This document shows, in pieces, positions 25,643 through 38,534 of a stretch of DNA of 60,842 bases. The translations under genes and the position numbers were made by a program. Origin of the DNA: Chiloscyllium plagiosum (Eukaryota); the NCBI RefSeq assembly GCF_004010195.1, contig NC_057718.1, forward strand, positions 11,031,288 through 11,092,129. The letters are read 5' to 3'. Within the stretch, counting starts at the first letter, position 1. Each line of letters starts with the position of its first letter. The notes beneath the pieces were generated by a model. That model did not search any database and was not told the DNA's origin. It was given only the letters and a program-made list of their open reading frames with translations.

Positions 25643-27665
25643 CTTGTTCGCCTATTCCAGACTTGATAATGTACAATGAGACAGGATTAAACATTAAAGG
25701 GATAAAGAGGTCAGTGATCACATGATGATTGAATTTCATGTTCAGTATGAAAAAGAGATTTATTAATCCATGACAGTGACTTAAACCTAAATAAAAGAAC
25801 ATTTTGAGAGCTGAACTAGTTGAAGTGAACTGCGAAGCTAGCTTAAAAGCAAAAATAGTAGAGTTGCATTGATAAGGATGTTTAACAACTCAGCAAAGAA
25901 TTATCCCAGTGAGAAAGAAACAATTTCCTTGCCTAAATAAGGAAATTGTGATTGGTATTAAATCAAAAACACTGTATAAATCTGTAAAAGTTAGTGGTAG
26001 GCCAGTGGAATGGGCAGACTTAAACAACCACCAAAGAATGATTAAAAGGTAAGAAACCAAGAGTATGAAAGAAAACTATCTCATAATATAAAAACTTGAG
26101 AGTTTCTGCAAATATTTGAATAGGAAAAATGTTGGCCCTGTGTAGAGTGAGCCTAAGCATTTGAAAGTAGGAAAAACAATGATGAAGGCCTTGAACAGTA
26201 TTGTCTGCCTTCACTGTAGAACATTTAAAATTCCCAAATATAATTGAAAATTAAGAGAGGGATGAGTTTAACAATAATCATCACAACAGTAAATTCACCG
26301 GCAAACCATTGAAACCAGCTAGCCTACATCGAAGGATCTTAAAAGAAATGACAGTGCAGTTACGCTGGTTAAATTTTCTGAATTTGCTTAGATTCTGGAA
26401 GGGTCTCAGTGAATTGGAAAATAGAAAATACAACATTCTTTAATCAAGAAATGAGAGGGACAGAATGCAAGAAACTATATAAGCCAGTTAGCCTAGCATT
26501 TGTTATAGAATAAGGTGTATGAATATTATTGAGAAGATTTTAGCAGGATTCTCGCAAATCATGATTTTATCAGCAAAATCAATATGATTTTATTAAAAGG
26601 AAGATGTGACAAATAACGTATTTGTATTTTTGATGAGTTAACATGGGTAAAGGAGAACTGGTAGATGTGGAGTATTTGGATTTCTAAAAGTTATTGGATA
26701 AGATATCATGTCAAATGTTGCTGTACAAGATTAGAGACATGATACAGACAATAACTTAGCACCTCAGGTAAATAATTATTTAGCTAATACAAAGCAGAGA
26801 ATAGGAATAAATGGTTTATTTTGGGTTTGGCAAGTTGTAGTTAGAGAATTGCCTCAGGTCAGTTCTGAATTCTCAACTACTTAGTTGAAGGGAATGAATG
26901 TATGATCACCATGTTTTCCACAGAGTGTAAGGTATATAGTTATATAGGTTAAATGAATGGCAAAAAAAAAGCAAATTGAAGATAGGTGAGTAAATATGAA
27001 TTTATCCATTTTGACATGAAGAATAGAAAACCAATCTGTGGTATAAAGGGAAATAGATTGAAGAACCCCATGGTGCTGAGCGATCAGAAGTCCTGGTGCA
27101 TGAATCACAATATGTTATTATGCAGGCACGGAAATAATTAGGAAGGTTGTTGGAATGTTGTCATTGATGCAAGGGGAATGAAATCTAAGAGTAGGGTTGT
27201 TTTATTTTAACTGAACATGACATTGGTGAGTTCACATTTAGAACACCCTCCACAATTTTAGTTTGCTTGTTGGAAGCAGTTAAGAGAAGAGTTTGACTCA
27301 TTCTCAGACGAAGGGCTTATTTTATGAAGGAGGGTTGAAGGCCTATATCGGTTAGAGTTCAGAAGAATAAGAGGTGATCTTAATAAAATCATTAGATCTT
27401 GAGGGTAATGGACAGATGGATACTAGAAGGATGTTTACTTTTGTGAGAGATCCTAAAACTGAGGCCATGATTTTAAAAATAAGAGGTGTCCCTTTAATAA
27501 CAGTAGTGGGGTTTTTTTGAGTGTTGTTAGTGTGAATTTATTTTTTCCATGGAGGAGGCTGGGTCTTCAAATCTTTGTTTCTGATGCCTCAAAATAGTTG
27601 TTTAATTAGTTTTTCCATCCAACGTTTCATAGCTGAGTGGGTAAAGGCACTGATTTATGGAGGTT

Positions 27666-27890
27666 ATGATGTGGAGGTGCCGGTGTTGGACTGGGATGGA
27701 CAAAGCTAAAAATCACACAACACCATGTTATAGTCCAACAGGTTTATTTGGAAGTACTAGCTTTCGGAGCACTGCTCCTTCATCAGGTTGTTGTGGAGCA
27801 GGATCATAAGACCTAGAATTTACAGCAAAAGATCAGTGTCATGCATGCAACTGGTACAATATATTGAACAATACCTAGATTGCTGTTGAG
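27666..27890 (-). mobile_element. PLE family-B terminal fragment
   Basis: GGAGGTGCCGGTGTTGGACTGGG...AAAAATCACACAACACC..GTTATAGTCCAACAGG, same family as 6215, 7445 and 44880. Confidence 0.82.
27755..27790 (-). ncRNA. Minimal hammerhead ribozyme motif (PLE family B), intact catalytic core
   Basis: CAAC-CUGAUGA-A-GGAGC-AGU-GCUCC-GAAA-GCUA-GUA: perfect 5-bp stem II, AGCU palindrome, CUA cleavage triplet, short stem I. Confidence 0.75.
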
Positions 27891-27919
27891 ATCTGCCCTT
27901 TGTCCCAGGAATGAATCAA

Positions 27920-28045
27920 TTAGCGAGATAAACTCAGCGGGTATGGCAGCAGTTGTAGAGAGAAAGCAAAGTCAATGTTTTGAGTCTAGTGATCCTTCTT
28001 CAGACCTGCTGCATTTCTCCAGCAATTTCTGATTGTTGCTTTGGC
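27920..28045. mobile_element. Fold-back PLE family-C fragment with decayed hammerhead motif
   Basis: Minus strand 27971-28005 reads GU-CUGAAGA-A-GGAUC-ACUA-GACUC-AAAA-CAUU-GAC. Confidence 0.65.
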
Positions 28046-28903
28046 TGGTGGAATGTGATATCAGAGGACTTTTGATGATCAAGCCAGGTCCGAGCAAGAG
28101 GACAGACAAAAAGAGCCGAGATCATTCCACTAAATACAGCTTTGACTGGCTATTTGGTATCACCTGCCAGTCTTGTCTACAGCTATAGTTGCTGCGAAAG
28201 GATTTGATTGAAGGTGGTGCATTGTACTTTAAATGTAACAGCAGTCACAGACATTTACATTTACTCCACATTTTTTTGCGCATAGACATGCTATTTAGTA
28301 CTGAGAAATTGTGCATGGTGATTCACTGAGAAGTCTAGTTGTGTAACTTAGCACGTTTACAGTCATTTGAGGAGTTGTGGTTAGACGCAAGTCTTGGAGA
28401 AATTGGACTAAATCCAGATATGCAGATGTCGGTTGTCAAAGGAAGAAGTACCACTCAAACTGAAATTCATGGCTTTTTTGAGGCATTGGAACCATTGCTA
28501 AATGCATCCTTTCAATATTAATCACTTTTGTAAGGGGAAAAAACATCTCTAGGGAATGTGTGCCTTTGATTTCTTGAACTTTGTTGGATTATTTGGGTGC
28601 AATTCAAAAATCTTCAACAAATTGAGAAACCTCATTCCAAGTAAATCAGGTAAAACAAGAGAACTCATGTGGATTGAGGATTGAAGCCAAGTAGTCTGTA
28701 AAATGTCACAATTTGGCACATAATACTTGTAACTTTGTTTTGGTGACTGGGTGTCTGCTTGCATCTGTGTGACTGTGCAAACACTACCAAATTTCAGCAT
28801 GTTGACCAAATGCTAAATTAGGGTTAATTTGCAGGATAAATGCCTGCATATAGATGTGCAACTGGAGACAAGGGAAACTTACATAGTATTTTAATCATAT
28901 TAG

Positions 28904-28995
28904 AGTCTAGATTAGAGTGGTGCTAGAAAAGCACAACAGGTCAGGCAGCATCCAAGGAGCAGGAAAATCGACGCTTCAGGCAATAGCCCAAGGTG
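28904..28995 (-). mobile_element. 92-bp PLE family-A terminal insertion with perfect 16-bp TSD
   Basis: ATTTTAATCATATTAG at 28888-28903 and 28996-29011. Confidence 0.88.
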
Positions 28996-30249
28996 ATTTT
29001 AATCATATTAGTATACCTACACCACACTGCTAATACAAAGGATATGAACTCCATCTCCACGATTAGAATAACTATAATACTGATTTTCGATTAGGCTATA
29101 GTAGGAAATTTGGGAAAGCAACTCTGAAATGACACTGTGGGTTAGTACTACTATTTTGATCATGTGAAAACTGCCCGCTAAAGTATCGCTTCAGTGACCC
29201 TGGCTCATAAAAGAAAAGCATGATAGCACACAGGCAGCTTTTTGGCAAATTATGTCAGTTCTCTGAAAGATGTCACTGCTTAATTGCATAATGCAAACTA
29301 CTCTTCTATATTGATTTCAAGAAGAAACATTCCAAATTCTGAAGTCACTTTGCATATAATGAGGAATTCTCCTGTTTTGTTGTTTGAAGTAGTGATTACG
29401 TTGGTGTGTTGAGTTTGGGAGATACATTTCACTGATTCTGGGGGAGTATTCAGATAGCAGGAGCAGCTTTGCTGCCAATTTGTGCTCCGGGTTCATAAGT
29501 TGGCACGGAATGATAGTGTGCAGCTGTTGTCAGTGCAAGCTCTAATTTACACATTTACTGCTTTTTGTGGCGCTGCCCCCACATGTAATCTTGCTGCTGT
29601 GCCTCATCCCCTATTCATGGGATGTGATGATCAACATAGCAAAAGATAAATTGCACAATGCTACTGGTTGATTTTCTTTATGGGAGTCGTTGACTTATCT
29701 TGTGTGGGTTTTTTTCATCATAAGTTAATGTTGGCAGTTCCCCATCAAAGGTTTGAATTGAAACAGATGCTTTGAATAAATCAATGTTTATTTTTGCTAT
29801 TGGATTTTTCTACATTATCCTTTCCTAGTGATAGGTGCTGAGATACAACCTGATGAGTAGTAGAGGCCACATAGTGCCTTAAATTTAAAATTCTGGTCAT
29901 TAAGTTCAAATCTCTCCAAAATAAATGTCTAAATGCAAGTTGTTAAAAATCCATTCCTTGGTTGTATCTTTGCACAGTGGATGTTAACAGATTAAATCAA
30001 ACATGCAGTCAAGCATTCCACAGTTTTATCAAGGCTCAATGAATATTGGCCATATGACAATATGCTGGTAGAACTCTAAACTGTAAATAAGTTGTGGAAG
30101 TGTGTTGTGGAAGAAATAACTTGTGTTTTGGAGGCATCACAGTTTTACAATACATTCTTTACAAATGAAATTGAAGGAAATGTTAGTACTAGAGCATGCC
30201 TTGAATGCAAGAATAATTGCATTCACAAAAATCCATGTCATATCCTCCA

Positions 30250-30760
30250 TTAATTTGTAATCTCTGGACAAGACTATCTTAATGGACCTCTGAGTGGATT
30301 TCCACAGCCAACCTTCTGTAGACTTGATGTTATTCATAACTCCCTGTTACCTGTTCCTAACATGCATCAAGAACTGTCTCTGTTTGAAAATTAGCATCCC
30401 AATCTTCAATTCCTTCCATAGTTTTGCCACACTTGATCACTGTATTGTCCTCCAGCCTCTCCATCCCCCTGATGTCCATGCTGTTCTAAATTTTATCACC
30501 TTAAATTTAATTGCTGTACCATTTGGTGGCCACGCCTTCAGATATCTAGCCCAAAGCTCTGAAATTGCCCAGAAATCCCTCGGCAACTCCCTAACTTCCC
30601 TCATTCCTTTAAGATGCTCCTTAAAACCTCCCTTGGACTTTGTTGTTAGTCATTTGCCCCATTATATCTGGCTTGATAATTTGTTTTATAATGCCTCTAT
30701 AAAGTACCCTGGAGTGCTTTATTGCTTTAAAGGCTACCGAAGCACAAATCATTGCTTTTA
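30250..30760 (+). mobile_element. Degenerate L2 LINE 3' fragment
   Basis: FVISGQDYLNGPLSGFP....RLDVIHNS (cf. FVTSRLDY.N.LL.GLP...L..IQN), PFGGHAFRYLA and an L2-type tail. Confidence 0.65.
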
Positions 30761-30764
30761 TCCA

Positions 30765-30990
30765 AAGTCTAGGCTGGCATTTCAGTATAATAGCAAGGAA
30801 GTGCTACACTTCTCGATGAGGAATTAAAGGGAGTCCCCACGTACTTGTTCAGCTGGAATGCAAATGATGCTGTTTAACAGGGAGTGTTCCCAATGTTCAG
30901 ACAAAGTTATAGGACTCGAAACATTAACTGTTTTTCTTTCTACAGATGCTGCCAGACATACTGAGTTTCTCCAGTGTTTTCTGTTGATGT
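30765..30990 (+). mobile_element. Decayed Deu-SINE core interrupted by a PLE family-C fragment (30897-30990)
   Basis: TCTAGGCTG..A.TTCAGT...GTGCTACACT...GATGAG resembles the Deu domain. GACTCGAAACATTAAC...ACAGATGCTGCCAGAC is family C. Confidence 0.55.
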
Positions 30991-31984
30991 TCCAATTGTT
31001 CTAGCTGTAGGTCCCAGCAGAAAATGTGGCCAGGATAGATGGCATTTTATATTGCATTTTTAAATTCCAAGAACCTCAGTGGGTTAAGAGTTGGAACTTT
31101 GACAATTGTACAAAAAACTCAAATAAAAAAGATATCCAGGAATATTGAAAGTCCTTTTCAACATATATGCTCATAATTTAGAGAATATTGTTTATCTAAT
31201 TGTTAGATTCAAGTATTAGAGAGATGTAAAGCTACCTCAGTGCTACATCAGAGAATTATTTGCTGAATATATCCTTCACATTCTAAAGGTCTTTAGAAAC
31301 TTCAAACTGGGATCATCTCAGAACATTGTTGAACCAAAATATGTTAACTATTAACTGAACTCAAACTATTCCCGTTAACGCTGTGCACTGTTGAGTGAAC
31401 TACTTACCTCTTTGTTCTAAAGTAGTCAAAGATGCAATATGACACTACAATACTTGCTCTTAAATGACATTACAATGCAGTCACCAGTCCAACATTAGGA
31501 ATACATAATAGGATTTGTGGGTACAAGTTTGCATAACAAAATGATTTTAGCTTACTTGTGGACAGTATGAAGTTATGTTGTTTGAAATAGTGTTTCTCAT
31601 CTGGTTTGATCATCATTAAAAACTAATAGAAGTAGGGACTTCTTAACCATCAAACCTCAATTCGCCTACTGCCTTGTTCTCTGGTTTTATGCATGATCAT
31701 GGTTTTTCTTATCTGGTACTATTCCAGACAACTGTTTGCTCCATGACCCTGAACAGTCTGGACATCACAGTTAAAGTAGTACAACAGTTCCTTGTTCTCT
31801 CTAGCTTGTTATCTAAACTTCTCATTGTTACTGTGCTATACCTTTGGGATTATTAGTATTATGTCGGATTGTTTAAACACCAATTTGTTTGATCATGGTT
31901 TTCCTGTGACCAAAATGACAATTTGTACCATTCATTTGCTGCATCTGGCTCTTTCTATCCATCATGTCTGCTCTATTTAACAAT

Positions 31985-32090
31985 GCATAACTGACTGTAC
32001 TTCAAAAAGTATCCCATTGATGGTAAAGCACTTTTTGGTATCTCCTGTAGATGCGATGAGGTGCAATATAAATGCAAATTATTTTTCTTT
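31985..32090 (+). mobile_element. 3' part of a Deu-domain SINE
   Basis: TGACTGTACTTCAAAAAGTA..CATTG...GTAAAGCACTTT...TATAAATGCAA. Confidence 0.65.
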
Positions 32091-32296
32091 ACTCAGCTAA
32101 TTGTGTTTAAAACTGAACATTGTAAAAAAAAATCAGTGTTGAATATTGTTATACAGCCATAATAATATTTTTTTGCTCACAGCAGAGCAGAATAAAAAGT
32201 ATTTTTGCTGATTCTTCTTTAGGATCTATCCTGACTATTTGGTGGGTTTTTTTGTGGCCATTAACGAGAAGAAAATTGTCCAAAATATTCCCATTA

Positions 32297-32850
32297 TCTG
32301 TTGGAATATTGCATGCAATTCTGGTCTCCTTCCTATCGGAAAGATGTTGTGAAACTTGAAAGGGTTCAGAAAAGGTTTACAAGGATGTTGCCAGGGTTGG
32401 AGGATTTAAGCTATAAGGAGAGGCTGATCAAGCTGGGGCTGTTTCCCTGGTGCTTCGGAGGCTGAGAGGTGACCTTTATAGAGGTTTACAAAATTATGAG
32501 GGGCATGGATAGGGTAAATAGACAAAGTCTTTTCCCTGGGGTCGGTAAATCCAGAACTAGAGGGCATAGGTTTAGGGTGAGAGGGGAAAGATATAAAAGA
32601 GACCTAAGGGGCAACTTTTTCACGCAGAGACTGGTACGTGTATGGAATGAGCTGCCAGCGGAAGTGGTGGAGGCTGGTACAATTGCAACATTTAAGAGGC
32701 ATCTGGATGAGTATATGAATAGGAAGGGTTTGGAGGGATATGGGCTGGGTGCTGACAGGTGGGACAAGATTGGGTTGGGATATCTGGTCGGCATGGACGG
32801 GTTGGACCGAAGGGTCTGTTTCCCTGCTGTACACCTCAATAACTCTATCA
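32297..32850 (+). mobile_element. HER1-like CR1 LINE 3' end
   Basis: IEVYKIMRGMDRVN...RTRGHRFRVRGERYKRDLRGNFFTQR..RVWNELP. Highly similar to 35118-35668. Confidence 0.93.
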
Positions 32851-32889
32851 GTGACACCGCTCTTTCTCTTCCAGATGCTGACTGACACA

Positions 32890-33420
32890 CAAACATTAAG
32901 AATAGCCCATTCAGTCCTTCAAATTTGCTCCACCATTCCATTTGATTCAGGCTGATCATTCAACACTACCCTGTTCCTGCTTTCTCCCCCATATCCTTTG
33001 CTCCCTCTATCCTAAATGACCTATCCTGTATTCTTAGACAGTGGCCTCTGGTTCTGGATTCCTCAGTTGTCAGGAACATCCTGCATTTAACTTGTCTAAT
33101 TCTGTTGGAACTTTATAGGTTTTAATCAGATCCTTTTGCACTCTCTCTCTCTCTAAGACCTTATTGAATGTAGTCCTAACTGATCCAGTCTCTCATCCAA
33201 ACTTCAGCCTTGCCATCCAGAAGTTCATCTGGAAATCTTTGCACTCCTTCCTTAACCATCCTCAGATGAGACAAACACTGGACACACTACGCCAGGTGTG
33301 GTCTCTTGTTGCAATTATATCAAGATGTCCCTGCTCCAGTACACAAATCTTGTTATGAAGGCCAGCTTACTGTTTGTTACCTTCACTGCCTGCTGCATCT
33401 GCATGCTTTATTCAGTACCT
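32890..33420 (-). mobile_element. Older CR1 LINE 3' fragment
   Basis: Same layout as 47410-48015 (GCCCATTCAG.CC...CACCATTC...CATTCTCC...CCTCTGGTTCTGGA). Confidence 0.65.
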
Positions 33421-34114
33421 ACAATATGGAATTCCAACACATGGATTCACATAAATAATGACGTTTTGAAGAAAAGACACACCTGACTCAAAATTAATTC
33501 TGTTTCTATCTCTACTAATGCTGTCAGATCTGCTGAGTTTCTCCAATATTATTTTGTGCCAGAGATTTGTGTAGTGTTTCTCATATTTAAGTGCTTATCA
33601 GCAATTTACATTTGTACTGTGCCTTTACAGTAGTGAAGTATCCTAAGGCACTTCACAGAACCAGTGAATAGTCAATATTAATGGCGAAAGAAAAAGGAGG
33701 AAAAGCACAGCAAAAGAGATTCAGAAGACATAACTGGTGCCTGATCTGTAGAGGTAATGGCCGATGAGGTAATTATTGAAAAGTTGACTTCCCATGGCAG
33801 AATGGAAGCATGGGCAACAATAAGGAAATCTAAGTCAGAGTGATTGGTAGCAGTGGTGATTGAGGAAGAATCTGAAGACACAAGGTGTATTGGATTCTTT
33901 TCTGGGCACAGGAGGTCATTAGACCTTGGTAAGGCCAAATACAATGGATATATTATTTACAGCTTTTTAAATTACTTTTGCATCATGAATATCCCATGGT
34001 ACTCATTATTTTCACTTGTTTTGGTATAAGCGGATAGAATTGAATATAGTGCTAGTCAAATCTTCTGAATAACCATTAAACCTAAACACCAAGTGGCAAT
34101 GGTTCTATCTTTCA

Positions 34115-35856
34115 GTAAAGTGGCAATGAAGTAGGGCTTTTGAGCCCGGGCCCTTTTTTGTTTCTCTTCTTTATTTCTTTTTTCTCTTTTATTTTACTTA
34201 CCTCTTGTTGAAGAGGTCGCAGTTGCAACATTGGTAGTGACAAGTAGGCCCAGCGTGGACTTATGGCAGCAGCAACAGAGTGTATGTTTGGGTACACCAA
34301 GCAACTCCAGCACCCATTCATGGCTGCTGTGGCAGAGGTGAGTTTGGGTTCCCAGTGGTGTCTGCGTCCAGTGCAGATACATGGAGGCGGCAGCTTGAGT
34401 TGAGCTTGGACCAGTGTGATACCCAGCATCAGTGGCCTCTGCATTAAAGTGCAGCAAGGAGTCATAGTGGCAAGGGTGTTGGTGGAGATATGGAAGAGCA
34501 GTGACTTTCATTCCAGCAGTGGCAATGCAGTGAAGGGACTCATGCCTGGTCATGAGGCCAGTGGCCCGTGGCGGAGCACTTAGCAAAAAGGGCTGAAAAG
34601 TAGAAGACAGAGCATGGTGGTGGAGGGTTGTTTTTCAGACTGGAGGCCTGTGACCAGTGGAATGCCATAAGGATCGGTGTTGGGTCCACTACTTTTTGTC
34701 ATTTATATAAATGATTTGGATGTGAGCATAAGAGGTATAGTTAGTAAGTTTGCAAATGACACCAAAATTGGAAGTGTAGTGGACAGCGAAGAAGGTTACC
34801 TCCGATTACAACAGGATCTTGACCAGATGGGCCAATGGGCTGAGAAGTGGCAGATGGAGTTTAATTTAGATAAATGTGAGGTGGTGCATTTTGGGAAAGC
34901 AAATCTTAGCAGGACTTGTGCATTTAATGGTAAGGTCCCAGGAAATGTTGCTGACCAAAGAGACCTTGGAGTGCAGGTTCATAGCTCCTTGAAAGTGGAG
35001 TCGCAGGTAAACAGGATAGTGAAGAAGGTGTTTGGTATGCTTTCCTTTCTTGGTCAGAGTATTGAGTACAGGAGTTGGGAGGTCATGTTGCAGCTGTACA
35101 GGACATTGGTTAGGCCACTGTTGGAAATTGCGTGCAATTCTGGTCTCCTTCCCATCGGAAAGATGTCGTGAAACTTGAAAGAGTTCAGAAAAAATTTACA
35201 AGGATGTTGCCAGGGTTGGAGGATTTGAGCTATCAGGAGAGTTGGATAGGCTGCGGCTGTTTTCTCTGGAGTGTCGGAGGCTGAGGGGTGACCTTATAGA
35301 GTTTTATAAAATCATGAGGGGCATGCATAGGATAAATAGACAAAGTATTTTCCCTGGGGTCGGGGAGTCCAGAATTAGAGGGCATAGGTTTAGAGTGACA
35401 GGGGAAAGATATAAAAGAGACCGAAAGGGCAACTTTTTCACACAGAGGGTGGTACGTATATGGAATGAGCTGCCAGAGGAAGTGGTGGAGGCTGATGCGA
35501 TTGCAACATTTAAAAAAGCATCTGGGTGGGTATATGAATAGGAAGGGTTTGGAGGGATATGGGCCGGGTGCTGGCAGGTGGGACTACATTGGGTTGGGAT
35601 ATTTGGTCGGCACAGATATGGTGGACCGAAGGGTCTGTTTCCGTGCTGTACATCTCTATGTCTCTATAACTGTGAAATTGAACACTTTTGTTTCTTTATA
35701 ATGATAGAAGAATAAAGAAATGTTCTGTTTTTGTTTGTTTTTCTATATTTAATATGGTGCCAGAGAGTGGTGACACTATACGTCACTTTTGTAACAAAAT
35801 GTAATAAATAAATCAAATCAGATCAAAATCAAATCAGATCAAAATCAAATCAATTT
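34115..35856 (+). mobile_element. Non-autonomous retroposon-like element with (AAATC)n tail, split by a CR1 insertion
   Basis: Start AAG-TGGCAATGAAGTAGG plus a T-rich tract and end ATGGTGCC...GGTGACACTATA..CACTTTT...AATAAATAAATCAAATC resemble the two ends of 18715-19207. Confidence 0.5.
34596..35668 (+). mobile_element. HER1-like CR1 LINE, 5'-truncated (RT C-terminal half to 3' end)
   Basis: LGPLLFVIYINDLD...KFANDTKIG...WAEKWQMEFN.DKCEV.HFG and LRGDLIEFYKIMRG. Contains frameshifts. Confidence 0.95.
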
Positions 35857-37532
35857 ATCGGTGAAACGAGTAACTGTCTTTAGCCCCTCTATTCATTTCG
35901 AACATAGGAATCCATGTTTATTCATTCGCTCTCTTTATTTCATCCTCTTCCCCTCTTCTCTCTTTTTTGAACAGCCCACCCCACGCCACTCCATGCACAC
36001 AGAGAGAGACACAAAAGCACTGCCACTTACACTTACTACTGCCAGTGCAACTAATTATAATGGCCTAATTGCTGCCTCAGTTGAGATCAGCAACTCTGTT
36101 CAGACCAGCAAATGAGCCTGTGACCTACGTGCTTTCTCTACTCTTATGAATGGAAAAAGTGCTTTTCATTGAAACAGATTCTGAGCTAGGATTGTTTCCA
36201 TTACATTGACATCAAGTAGCTTGTTTTGTGTAATTCTGCAGTAGGGGATTTCTTAATTGTCCTTTGTAATTGGCATTTGAAGACGTGTAGAGGGGAAGAG
36301 AAGAGGTGTCTCAAGAAAGCTCATTTTCAATGAGGTGTGGATTGTCATTACTAGTCAAAGAGCTGACTGTTTTCTTAGAAAATCGAGTATAGTGTGACAC
36401 GACCTGACACTTGAAGCTTTGAAAATTCATTTTCCATATTTGGAGGTTTAATAGCTGTGGTGTAATGTGTATAGAATATGGGGAAATCTTGAAGGATTGA
36501 AATATGACCAATTTATCAGTTGGTAAATAACTTTGAAATTGGTCGCTCAATAGTTCAACATTCACTGTGAAATAATTATGGTAAATTGAGTAGATGAAAG
36601 CATGGAAAACCAGAAACTGTAGATGAGGAAAATAGAGGATGTATTCAACAAATATTGAAATGTTTTGGCATTGCGGTTTTACTAATGAACAATACACAAT
36701 ATAATTTTTGGGTTTTAAGAAAACTTTTGATAAGTTTTCACATCCATTATTATTGCAGATAAAGCTAGTACAGGTATATGTAGATTGAAGATAAAAAAAT
36801 TTCATGAAAATATATTAATGTGAAGAAATATAGAAATAGAGAACTCAGGCATGGTGGTGTGTCACAGTGCACTCAAGCAGTCTGAGTTCCTGTGTTAGGG
36901 GTAGTTTGAATTATGGTGGACAGTGATGGTAAAGACTGCAATGTTCCTTCCATCACACATCTTAACCGGATTCGCTCCAGTTCTTCACATCTGACTTTGC
37001 GTGGATGGAAAGATTTTTACAGATTGGTCACCTTGTTTTGCTGCATTTTCATAATGACAAAGGAGGCTATTCAGCCCATCATGTCTACATAGGTTTTCCA
37101 AATTTTCCTGCCTTCTGCCTTAAACCTTGCACATCATTAAGTTTCAATTAACAGTCTAACTTCTGGATGCATTGATTGAACATGTTCCACCACAATCTCA
37201 GGCAGTGAGCTCCAGGCCCTAACTACTTGCTGTGTGAGGTGAAAAAAAAAATTTCATTGTTGTTTTGCTTTTTTTGCATGCCACCCTTGGCCCTCAAGCC
37301 TTGGGTTGCAACTCAAACCTGGAACTTCTGACTTAGAGGCCAGAAAGCTATCCACTGTGCCACAAGACCTCAAAGACAAATAATGAGCCATGAGACTAGA
37401 TGGTCTGAATTGCGGCCTCTTGTGCTGTATTATTCTATGTTGCTGTTAGCCTTCTGGATTTGTATTTCACTAACTTTGAAATAATTAGGTAAAGACAGAT
37501 TTGACCAAACCTGCTTTTCCTCAAGATAAAAA

Positions 37533-37557
37533 AGGAAGTCCAAATAAGGGAATTTTC
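37533..37557 (+). promoter_or_regulatory. Candidate serum response element (ETS + CArG) with overlapping NF-kB-like site
   Basis: AGGAAGT-CCAAATAAGG-GAATTTTC; perfect CC(A/T)6GG at 37540-37549. Motif evidence only. Confidence 0.35.
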
Positions 37558-37974
37558 ACACTTAATGAGAAAAGCAATTTTGGAAAAAGTGGTAGCTTAA
37601 TGAATACAAAAGTTTAATAAATACATACCTCCTTTCATAGGATTTCAATGTTTAAGGAATTGATGCATCTGCAGCAACATCCCTCTATGGAACCTCAATC
37701 TACGTTACACAGGTGACTGGAGATTAACTCTTTATGCTGCCTTCTGTACAGGAAAAGATTGTGATTTCCATGTCAACTGGGAGAACTTGTTACTAGCATC
37801 TTGCCTAATGTATTATACCTTTGTATAGTTGTTCACTATAACAAAAAGATATGAAAAGTTCTAAGGTATATTTGGTGAAGAATAGGCTATGAATAAAGAG
37901 AGATTGCATTGATTCTGTACAAATTGTTGGTCAACTCTCATATGTGCTCAGTTTTTCACGTTATTTGAAAGGAT

Positions 37975-38135
37975 AGAAGTAACATTGCCAGAGTTGCAGA
38001 GGACCATAGGTCTATATTCTCGGATGAGGGGAGAGATCAACAAGGCAGGACCTTCATGGTGCAGGAATTGAACCCATGCTGTTAGTAGCACTGTGCATTG
38101 CAAACCAGCTGTCCAGCCAGCTAGGCTCACCAACC
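37975..38135 (-). mobile_element. tRNA-derived SINE (family S2)
   Basis: Reverse complement matches 44125-44240 and 44600-44995 (AGTTGGCTGGA..GCTGGTTTG...AACAGCATGGGTTCAATTCCTGCAC). Confidence 0.72.
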
Positions 38136-38221
38136 ACTAATTGAATACAAGATCCAAATAGAAATGATACAGCAAGAAATCCTGAAAAAGACAAGCATTT
38201 CTTTCTGGCACAATGATATTT

Positions 38222-38534
38222 TAGGATTTAGGATTACATTACAGTGTGGAAACAGGCCCTTCGGCCCAACAAGTCCACACCGCCCCGCCGAAGCGTAACC
38301 CACCCATACCCCTACATATACCCCTTACCTAACACTACGACAATTTAGCATGGCCAATTCACCTGACCTACACATCTTTGGACTGTGAGAGGAAACCGGA
38401 GCACCCGGAGGAAACCCACGCAGACACGGGGAGAACGTGCAAACTCCACACAGTCAGTCGCCTGAGGCGGGAATTGAATGCGGGTCTCTGGCGCTGTGAG
38501 GCAGCAGTGCCACCACTGTGCCACCGTGCCGCCC
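38222..38534 (-). mobile_element. HE1-type V-SINE, full length
   Basis: Reverse complement of the 7926-8224 element; head GGGCGGCACGGTGGCACAGTGG. Confidence 0.93.

Larger units (their letters stand above)
25070..27575 (+). mobile_element. Old, heavily decayed CR1 LINE covering most of ORF2
   Basis: SIWGE..NSK..RSL (endonuclease region), VDVEYLDF..K..DK-like RT segment (~26660) and LEFRRIRGDL (~27350). Confidence 0.75.

Noticed and set aside
30294..30827. 177-aa ORF (also 153 aa at 10656 and 164 aa at 36311)
   Set aside because: These overlap decayed L2 sequence or AT-rich DNA, have non-ATG or unsupported starts, and show no exon or domain signal.
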